Positions 54,213-64,000 of a stretch of DNA of 64,000 nucleotides are shown here, piece after piece. The position numbers and the translations under genes are program-made. The stretch is from NCBI GenBank assembly GCA_951406725.2, contig OX597828.1:59396001-59460000 (forward strand), given 5' to 3'. Origin of the DNA: Octopus vulgaris (Eukaryota). Position 1 is the stretch's first letter. Each line of letters opens with the position of its first letter. Under the pieces are notes generated by a model. The model saw only the letters and a list, made by a program, of their open reading frames with translations, was not told where the DNA came from and did no database searches.

Positions 54213-54864
54213 GGATCTTTACCCTTTGACCGACAGATTTAAAAAATAAATTTTGTAACTAAACACTTTCAAACTTCGGACACTGGTAGAATGTGTCATA
54301 TAAAATATCTTTTACTCTTATTTTTGAAAAAAACTTATATTTACGAAGTTATTTTACGTTAAATTTGTCTTATATCGGTAATTTCAACCAATCAATGACG
54401 TGTATTCAGCTGAATAAAATTACTGCTGTAGTTTGTCAACAAGAACTATCGGCGGTGTATATTTCGTTTGTCATTGTTATTTATGACAACCCTAACCCTA
54501 AAACCCTAACCCTAACCCTAATACTAACCCTAAAACCCAACCCTAACACCCTACCCTAAAACCCTAACCCTAACCCTAAAATCTTAAACCAGTACAAAAT
54601 AACAGTGACGAATGAAAAATACACCACCGATAGTTTTTGTTGACACACAACGGCAGTAATTTCATTCAGCTGAATACACGTCATTGATTGGTTGAAATTA
54701 CCGAAATAGGAAAACTTTAACGTGAAATAACTTCGTAAATATAAGTTTTTCTCAAACATACTAATAATAAAAGATGTTTTATATGACACCAGCGTCCGAA
54801 GTTTGAAAGTGTTTAGTTACAAAAAATTATTTTTTTAAATCTGTCGGTCCAAAGGTAAAAAACC
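54213..54864. mobile_element. Foldback/MITE with ~265-bp TIRs, GG..CC termini and 8-bp TSD (Merlin/MULE-like)
   Basis: Arms ~54213-54481 and ~54598-54864 are reverse complements; ATTCCCCC occurs at 54205-54212 and 54865-54872. Confidence 0.85.
54488..54580. repeat. Interstitial telomeric-type repeat (CCCTAA)n, degenerate
   Basis: aaccctaaccctaaaaccctaaccctaacccta... Confidence 0.9.
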
Positions 54865-55507
54865 ATTCCCCCAACTTTGAGTAATAAAAATACTAATGAT
54901 ACTGATATTAGATGAGTAGTGTCGGGTACAGACAAAGTAGCAGTGGATGCAGAAAATAGTAATAGGGACTCAACATTTCGACTGAGGAAAAAAAAGGAAG
55001 ACAAGGATAGCACCAGTGATAGACCTAAGATAGAAAAATAATTAACACTAGCCTAGATACTGCAATACAAACAACAAAAATCTTAAGAAAGCCGCTGTCT
55101 AAAACTAGATATCAAAATATGTAAAAGGTGAACATAGAGTACTAGAAGAAAGTTTACTGTATACTGAAAGAACCAGTGCTAATATTTCAAAATCATTTCT
55201 ATCTACAAAACTAAAGAAATAACAACTTTCCATAATGATATATCTATTATCTGGTTACCAATCGTGCATATAGCTGGAATCCCAATATATGTGCAGGTTT
55301 TGATTGTTTTTCTCACCCGTATATTCTGGAAAAAAGATGTGAGTAAATATGGGTAAAACAGCATAAATAATAGTCAGATCAAACATGTTATTAATAAACG
55401 GAGAAGAATCTCTGCAGACTCAGAAGGAATTATAGGAATAGATAACATATTCCAGCTATATTAGAAAAGTAAAATTTCAGGTTTGTATTCTTAGACAACA
55501 AAGTAAG

Positions 55508-55686
55508 GTAGAAAGTTGGCAGAATCAGTACGTCGGACAAAATGCTTAGCGACATTTCGTCCGTCTTTACGTTCTGAGTTCAAATTCCACCGAGGTCGAC
55601 TTTACCTTTCACCCTTTCGGGGTCGATAAACGACGTAATCGACTTAACCCCTTCTCGGAAATTGCTGGCCTTGTGCCAACATTTAA
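55508..55686 (+). mobile_element. SINE family B
   Basis: ttggcagaatc..gttctgagttcaaattccaccgaggtcgac..ggccttgtgcc. Confidence 0.8.
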
Positions 55687-56952
55687 AATGATCATTAGAA
55701 AACAAAGTGTTTTCTATTTAAGGTGAAAGAATATTTTAAAACCTGAAAACTAATGAGCAAATTCAATGCAAGGATGGCTCCCCAGCTTTTTTTAAAAAAA
55801 AATTACAGGTTATAATTGTCGATTTTGCTTAAATTGCTATTATGTGATATTTTAAACTTAAGTTTGTAACATCAAATTTCTAACTTGTAGGCAATTAGTC
55901 TTTTCATTAAAATTGAATATAAATAGCTTCATGATTATTTTAATTTAAACTTTTAAGTAAAAATCAAATATCTAAAAGGGCATTTATTCTTAGTTTTTAA
56001 ATTCAGCAATACAATTTTTAAGTATTTTTCTCTTGTCCCCTGCTTCTCCAGGCTTAATTACTCACTTTTTCTGATTCATTACTTAAGAATATTCTAGCAT
56101 TTTTTTATTCTAGCCCTCATTTTTTTCCAGGAAACGATTCTATTATTATGATTAACTATATTTACTTTCATTTTTTAAGCAAATACAAAGAAGTTTTAAT
56201 ATCAAAAATATTAAACTCAGTTTTAAAAAATGTTCAATAAATATAAAACCAAAAATGCACACACGCTATTTGACGACCGGTTTCAGAAGTTTCAGCTTCA
56301 TTTTCCTCAGCTTTTGTTCGGCAGCAGCTAGAGACATATGTTTTATGGCAGATGCTAGTTTAATAACCAATGGTTACACTTTAAAAAATAATGAATGCGT
56401 TTATAAAACCACTACGTGTATAAATATATTATAAATACAGAAATTCAAGGTTCTTTTGCAAATGGAAAATTATAAAATAAAATATCAATTTTTCATAGTA
56501 TTTTTCATAGTATTTTTTAGATTTGTCTCTGAAAAGCATATCTATTAAAGCATAAAAGCATATTCTATAAAAAGCGTATTAAATAAAGAATAAAAGTGAA
56601 ATATCACAAATAGCACAAGAATATAATGGAAGCCAGCAAACAGTTAGAAAGTAATGTAAGCATTTCCTTCGATTTCTCCATCTAGGGATATCAAGGCCGA
56701 CGTAGCACCACGTGAAAAACAAGAAAAGTAGAGAAAATTAAAAAAGATCTCTCAGTCTTTAATAAAGTCAATAACAAAACCACAAAAATAAAAACAAAGA
56801 AATATTCCATTAGCAAGAATAACTGTCACGCTGACGCAAACAGAATTGCAGTTTTTAAGTACAAAATTTATCTCCACTCAGAAAAAAAAAGATTAGTTGA
56901 AATAATAATTTACACTAATGTAAACATCCTCCTCCTCCTAATAACAATAATG

Positions 56953-57021
<69 letters not shown>

Positions 57022-57024
<3 letters not shown>

Positions 57025-57394
57025 GACAATGTGTCTCTAAAAGAAATAGAGAAACTTTCAAAATACAAAGACCTGGAAATAGAGGTAACCAGAATGTGGA
57101 ATCTAAAAACAGAAACAATTCCTATCATAATAGGTACATTAGGCATGATAAAAAATATTCAGACAAATACATAACAAAAATAATGATAATATTCAGACAC
57201 AAAAACACCAGGACTTACAAACACATATAACATACAGAAAATTGCACTACTATGCACTGCACACATCCTACGCAGAACACTTTCCATACAATAACCATCA
57301 GAGCATCACAACAAATCCCAGCACATACCCAATGCACACAGAGCTGCGCTCGGTAGTGAAGTGAAAGCACGCTATAAAAATAAAACTACTGAAT

Positions 57395-57395
<1 letters not shown>
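57022..57395 (+). mobile_element. 5'-truncated Dong/R4 LINE 3' end inside (TAA)n
   Basis: DNVSLKEIEKLSKYKDLEIEVTRMWNLKTETIPIIIGTLG..IQKIALL.TAHILRRTL; (AAT)n on both sides. Confidence 0.9.
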
Positions 57396-57462
<67 letters not shown>

Positions 57463-57994
57463 TAATAGCACTCAAAGAACGCCAACCTCCGCCAATGTTT
57501 CTTTACTTTGGCACTACGGCCACAATACAGAGGGGACACTACAAAGATAGACACAACACCACAATGGGGACAAAAAACATAAAATGAATGAACATGAGAT
57601 GTTATATAAAAAAATGAAATGGCTGCATGGGACCCACTCACATGCAGTATCGCTTGAACGTTTATATAAACTATTTACAATTGTCCTATTAACCTATTGT
57701 TTTTTCATAATCTCGTTTTTTCCTCTTTTATAAAATGAAACAATTTTACTTTTTTCCTTTTTTCTTCAATAAAACAATTTTACTTACTTTTTCCTTTTTG
57801 ATATCTCATGAAAGTTTCTAAATCTTTTAGCTCCACTACTGGTGGCAATTCATCGAACTCCACATTGACTTACCGTCTGGATGAAAATTTTGTGAGTTGT
57901 TGTTATATTGCTTTTTGAACGTTTTCGTTGACACTTTGTTATACTGTCTTGCGGCAATTGCAAAATTTATTGTTTTATGATAACGATAATAGTA

Positions 57995-58131
57995 ATCCTT
58001 TCTACTAAAGGTACAAGAGCTGGAATTTGTGAGGAGAGGAGTAGTCGATTACATCGACCCCAATGTTTCATTGGTACTTAATTTATCGACATCGAAAGGA
58101 TAAAAGGCAAAGTAAACCCCAGCAGAATTTG
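57995..58131 (-). mobile_element. SINE family B 3' part
   Basis: gtcgattacatcgacccca..ggtactta.tttatcgac..gaaggat.aaaggcaaagt. Confidence 0.7.
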
Positions 58132-58156
58132 GAATAATGATAATAATAATAATAAT

Positions 58157-58218
<62 letters not shown>

Positions 58219-58219
<1 letters not shown>

Positions 58220-61200
58220 GAGTGAGCCTTTTATAAGTTTAAAAGAGGAAGGGAAAAGAAGGAAGGAAAAAGGGGAAGAAGGAGATAGAGAGAAAGAGAG
58301 AGGAAAAAAGGGAAGAGAAGGGGAAAAAATGTTCGGAGATAAAACTATCAACAAAAAAATACAGACGAATACAGATCTGCTAGCCTTAAGAAGCTGCGCT
58401 ACGATCAATGCTTACGTGTAGAGAACCCTAAACTGACAGATCCATCTCCTAATATAAGAATGGAAGCTCGTCATGCTTCATGTCAACAAATCAAACAATA
58501 AACCGCATTGGTCGTCGCGCGGATTGCAAAAGACCACGTTCCCGAAAATTGAACCAAATTCTGATTGAAAAATCAGCTACTGGATCAAATTTTCCCAACA
58601 CACAGGAGCTGGACGTACCCCACAACCGGAATATTCCAACAGATGGCCATCCATGCTCATCACCAAATAATCAAAAGAAAAAGAAGGAAAAATGGTCTAG
58701 GGAAGATAATAAAGAAGTTCTTGAGGCCTTCTACCATGCCATATATTTCCCCACATATAAATCTAACACTGTACAAACATACTTAAACTGGAGACAGAAA
58801 CACCCTGAAGTAAGACCCTACATAGACAGTAACAAACTTGCCAACGTCAGAAGAAATATTATAAAAAAAATTACTGACTGAAGTAGAGATTGATCAAGTT
58901 AGACAAGCAATATCGGATAAAAGGAACGAAGCTGCAGTTAGAGAAGATAATACAGAGGAAATAATTATAGACCAGCCCAGGGCTGATAAAAACGAAGTAA
59001 GGATTGAAAGAGTTAGTATAAGTGATAGGCAAAGTAAAATACTCCCTGAACCAATCATAAGCACTAAGACAGATGAACATCAAATAGATAAAGGAAGTCA
59101 CACAAATATTGACCCAACAGAACTACATGAGCTAAAAAATCAAATCATGATTGAATGGCTGAAAATTAAAAGAAACCAGCACGGATGAATTTGATACACT
59201 CCCTAAAATCCGCAACTCTAACCAAAACATGAAAATAATTGGTAAAATCCGGCTTGCACTTAAGGATATAATTTCAGCTAATGATGTTGATATCACAAAT
59301 CTCAACCACCTATACTATGCATCCGCGAAAATCTCAACGATCCTATGTGGTGTAAACATTAGAAAACGGCAACATTCCCACAAAAAGCCTTCTTGGTAAG
59401 AGCGTCTGCAAAAACAAATTAAACTATTTAGATCTGACATTGAATATTTGAAAAACCTTAAGGTTCACAAGACTACCAAACCTACAAAAACCCCGAAATT
59501 GCTGAAAAAATACAATATGAAAACTATACTTGATATTGATGCCACCATAGAAACCATCAAACAAAAGGTATCTGCCAAAGCTGCCCGCATAGCGAGGTAT
59601 GAAAAGCGTGTTAGATTTTTCAAGGACAACAACATGTTCAAAAATAACCCCAAGAATTTTTACAGGAAGATAGGAAAAACAGCGTTTACTGCAAGGTCTG
59701 TACCATCAAAAGAAGAAGTGCAGGGATTTTGGAATAAAATTTGGGAAGAAGAAAAAACACAGAAGGAGAAGGCCCCGTGGATTGACAGAATATCTACAGA
59801 ACTGGACCCCTTAGAAGAGCAAAAGTGGGAGGGTGTCAAGGTAGAAGATATAAGATCTGCTCTCAGGAGGTCAAGCAAAGGGAAGTATCCAGTAAAGGAT
59901 AAAATTCCTAACTTCTGGCTGAATGCCTTCCCAGAGAGCCATGAACTGCTAACAGAACTGTACAATGATGTTTTGCAACACCCTAGTAGGATGCCTCCTT
60001 GGCTAGTTAATGGGTTAACATTCCTGCTTCCAAAAAGTGAAGAAACAAATGAACCAAAAAACTATAGACCCATAACCTGCTTAACAACTATGTACAAAAC
60101 GCTAGCATCTGTCATGACGGAATATACCTATAGTTTTTTAACAGACAGCAGCATATTCCCTAATGAACAGAAAGGATGTAAACGTGGATCCTACGGCTGT
60201 AAAGATCAACTACTCATCAATAAAATGATCTTAGAATATTGTCACAAACGACACAAAAACTTATCAATAGCCTGGATAGACTATAAAAAGGCTTTTGATA
60301 GCCTACCACATAGCTGGATTAGGAAATGCCTGGAAATGTATAAGATAGCACCTACTCTGCGAAACTTTTTGGCTGTAAGTATGAGATCATGGAGAACCAC
60401 ACTAACTCTGAACAGTGACAATGAATCCCTAAATGCTGGTGATGTAAAAATTTCGTGTGGCATTTTCCAGGGTGACTCACTGTCACCAATCCTCTTTTGT
60501 TTATCCTTAATACCTCTCTCAAAGCTGCTTAATGACGCGCAGTACGGGTATAAAATGTTTGATAAAAATATAAATCATCTCATTTACATGGATGATTTAA
60601 AGCTTTTGCAAAAAATGACCAACAACTCAAGGGCTTACTAGCGATAGTCAAACAATTCAGTGACGACATCAGAATGCAATTCGGCCTCGATAAATGTGCA
60701 AAAGCTACCTTTATCAAAGGAAAAATGACAGAAACATATAATGTTAACCTTGACCAGCAGAATGTTATAAAAGAACTAGACCCAGCGGAGAGCTACAAGT
60801 ACCTAGGGGTAATTGAAGGGAACGGAATAAGGTATTCGGAGATGAAGGAAAGGATCAGGAGAGAATGCTATCGAAGAGTGAGAGCAATACTCAAGACAGA
60901 GCTGAATGCAAGAAACAGGATTGAAGCGATCAGTGCATTAGCCATACCAGTAGTGACTTACAGTTTCAATATCGTTAACTGGTCAATTACTGAAATATGT
61001 CAACTCGACAGAAAAATAAGAAAACTGTTGACAATGCATAGAATGCACCACCCTAAGGCAGATACAGACCGACTTTATCTGCCAAGGAAAGAGGGAGGCA
61101 ACTGGCAATAACAATGAAGATTGCTACAATTGGCCTAGACACCTACCTGAAAAAGTCTGAGGACTGGATGTTAAAACTTATCTCAAAACATGAAAACAAG

Positions 61201-62317
61201 AAAGCATCATACTCAGTAACAAAACAGGCGAAGGAATATCTAAGTGAATTCCGAATACAACACATTTCGGAATTAGAGATAGACATACAAGAAACAAGCA
61301 CAGAAAAAGCTAGGCGCATGAAAACCCGTGCCAAAACTGCGGCCTTAGATATTCTCAATAATAAATGGCAAGAAAGACCTCTCTATGGCAAATACCCAAA
61401 GAGAGCGAATAATGCAGATATTGACAAAGCCCTGACCCATCAATGGCTAATGGCCTCTGGCTTAAAATCTGAAACAGAAGGGTTTATCATAGCAGCTCAA
61501 GATCAATGCCTACCAACAAGAAACTACCAGGCCAACATATTAAAGAACGGCAGTAGCCCAACATGTCGTGTATGCCGACAACAAAATGAAACCATTGATC
61601 ATGTTGTCTCCAAATACAGTCTTCTAGCGCCTACAGAGTACCTCAACAGGCATGATAGAGCTGCACAATATATTCACTGGGTAATTTGCAAAAACCTGGA
61701 TTTGCCCCATGAAAAATACCGGTGGGAACACAATCCACCTCCAGTGCTTGAAAATGACCACATCTCACTCCTCTGGAACTTCACCATTCAAACTGACAGA
61801 AAAATAGATGCAAATAGGCCAGACATCATATTGAAAGACTTCAGACAAAGAACATGCCTCCTCATTGATATGACTGTCCCAATCGATATAAACGTATCTG
61901 TCAAGACCTACCAAAAACTGAGCAAATATAAAGATCTTGAAATAGAAATCAGTAAAATGTGGAACCTGAAGACTAAAACAATACCTGTTGTCATAGGTGC
62001 CCTGGGAATGATAGCGAAAGGGGCTGATTGCTACCTAACTCAGATACCAGGAAACCCCAAAATGGCAGAAATTCAAAAGATAGTGCTCATGGGAACTGCT
62101 CATATCCTACGCAAAATACTCTCTATGTAATCCCAAGGTTTAAAACAATTTTTTTTAAATTTATGTATTAGACATTCACTAGTACAACACAAAAAAAACC
62201 CAAATATATGGCACACTAGGCATAACAGCAACGTGAACTTCCAACCTGTTGTCTCTTGAGGTCTCTGTGTGAGACTTGGAGCCAACTTGTACAGACATAA
62301 AGCAAAAGTCAAACATA

Positions 62318-62318
<1 letters not shown>
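58219..62318 (+). mobile_element. Near-full-length Dong/R4-clade non-LTR retrotransposon (RT plus restriction-like endonuclease), inactivated
   Basis: YRPITCL, EQKGC, AWIDYKKAFDS, GIFQGDSLSP, YMDDLK, FGLDKCA, CRVC..ETIDHVV, RHD, NRPDII, LLIDM and KLSKY; frameshifts and stops; (TAA)n on both flanks. Confidence 0.95.
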
Positions 62319-62388
<70 letters not shown>

Positions 62389-62406
62389 TTAGTAGTAGTT
62401 GTAATG

Positions 62407-62966
62407 ACTTCTAGGGTCTCATCTTCATTTCGAAGTGTTGCAAACAATATTGATGTGCGTATTTGTTAAGATATTCTGGCTAATGATTTGGTTGATATTG
62501 AGCGCAGACAGAGAAAAAGTCAATACGTATGGAGACCTGAGAATTTAGATCGTAAAGATGTGGTTGTTACGAGAGTCGAACATAAAGCTTATCCTTATTG
62601 TCATCGGAGCATTGGACCCAATGCCACCCAATCTGAAGAAAAAAAAAATTTGAAAACCTTAGAAATAACCTACAATCTAGATGTATTGCAGAAGTCGGCA
62701 TTATTTGGAACTGCACGAATGAGGAGAAATGGCGAACAACTATTGAAGTTCAACATTTTATTCTTTTGCAACCTCTATTGTTGCTTTGTTTGGATTCATT
62801 TCAATATTGGTCCTTACATTTACGTTGTCAATTGTCAAAATGTGCCAACAACCTTACTCCACTTCTAGGTTCTCATCTCCATTTCGAAGTGTTGCAACCA
62901 ATATTGACGTACGACGTATTAGTTAAGATGTTCTGGTTAACGACTTGGTTGATATTGAGCGCAGAT
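62407..62966 (+). repeat. ~104-bp diverged direct repeats (62407-62510, 62861-62966) around a Dong/R4 3' remnant
   Basis: acttctagg.tctcatct.catttcgaagtgttgcaa...ttggttgatattgagcgcaga occurs twice; LDVLQKSALFGTAR lies between them. Confidence 0.75.
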
Positions 62967-64000
62967 ACTGCTGTTTTGCGTTCTGTTTTGAACTTATGTA
63001 ATAAAATCACTCAAATTTGCTTTTTCCTCGTCTTTAATTCGATAGCTTAAAATAAGCAAGAACAAATAGTAAAATCATTAGCATAAATCAATATACTATA
63101 TCAAAATTTGCGCTTCAAAACGGCATGAACGTTGTATTTAAAAGATAAGCAACAACGCCAAAAACAAACGCAAACAATTATCTTTGTATTAGCCCCATAG
63201 TAATAATAATTACATTAGAACCAGTAGGAATGCTTGGAGTTGAAAATTATTAATTTAGAAAAGAAAGAATGCTGTAAGGCATTAAGAAATTGATTCTCTA
63301 GATGTAATTTTGAAAAAATGCCAAAGGAACAGTCATTGAGAGGAAATTGAGAAATAATTCCTAATCAATATTAGGATATAAAAATTATTCTAAAATGACG
63401 TCAGAGAAGTTGGAGAATAAATGTATTTATGATTATCAGCAAAGCTAGGTTCCTAATGCGTAGAACAGGGGACATGAAGTTGTGACTTTTATACCTTTTC
63501 CAGAAAATATTCTTCAATAATATAAACCAAGATGAATGCAATGGCGAGTAAAGACACTGCAACGTCAAGTAGAAATCTTGCATAAAAGGTTTACTTAAAA
63601 AGTGATTAGATTTCAGTGATAAGTGACTTAATAGCTAATCCTTGTGGTTTATGTTACTGAGCGTCTAGGAAGTAAACATGAAGCCAAAATGCTTTAATCG
63701 TTGTGGAAGGGTAAAATGGAGTTTAATACAAAGAGTAAGAAACAAAATAAATAAAGTGAGAATTGTCTAATAGACGTGCAATTGTATATCAACACACAAG
63801 AGACTCTACCCAGAATTTCTCATCAACTCTGATAATGGATGAGCACTACGTAATTGCAAAGATGGATATGAAAATATTAAGATAAATATTCTAAAAACAA
63901 AATGAAAATAAATTTCAATGCCAAACTATAAGTTCTTTATAGTAAGGCAAACAAATAGAAGCGATATATTTGCGAAAAAAATCTGGAAACGTGTAACCGG

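Noticed and set aside
54488-54580. True telomere or chromosome fusion site
   Set aside because: The tract is short, degenerate, in one orientation only and enclosed by TIRs with a TSD.

Overview
AT-rich, microsatellite-dense animal DNA. The SINE, LINE and microsatellite content looks like a cephalopod, probably Octopus; this is recognised from the repeat sequences and not database-checked. Only one host gene is supportable: an intact single-coding-exon class A peptide-receptor-like GPCR (24221-25342, minus strand). The rest is transposon debris. It includes two CR1/L2-group LINEs, a near-full-length Dong/R4 LINE and several fragments associated with (TAA)n, Tc1 and mariner fossils, mariner MITEs, a non-autonomous Helitron, at least five tRNA-derived SINE families and Penelope-like fragments. 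The most notable signal is a set of type I hammerhead-ribozyme motifs. One near-perfect copy with a compensatory U3:A8 core lies 5.4 kb upstream of the GPCR exon in the same sense. Three copies sit inside a ~560-bp tandem-plus-inverted repeat with retrozyme/pLTR-like architecture, and there are several degenerate ones. Also notable are a foldback transposon with an 8-bp TSD carrying telomeric (CCCTAA)n at its centre, an inverted-repeat pair enclosing a Penelope GIY-YIG fragment split by a LINE, and a SINE/LINE pair sharing a 3' stem-loop with compensatory changes. All structures were read by eye; none was computed.
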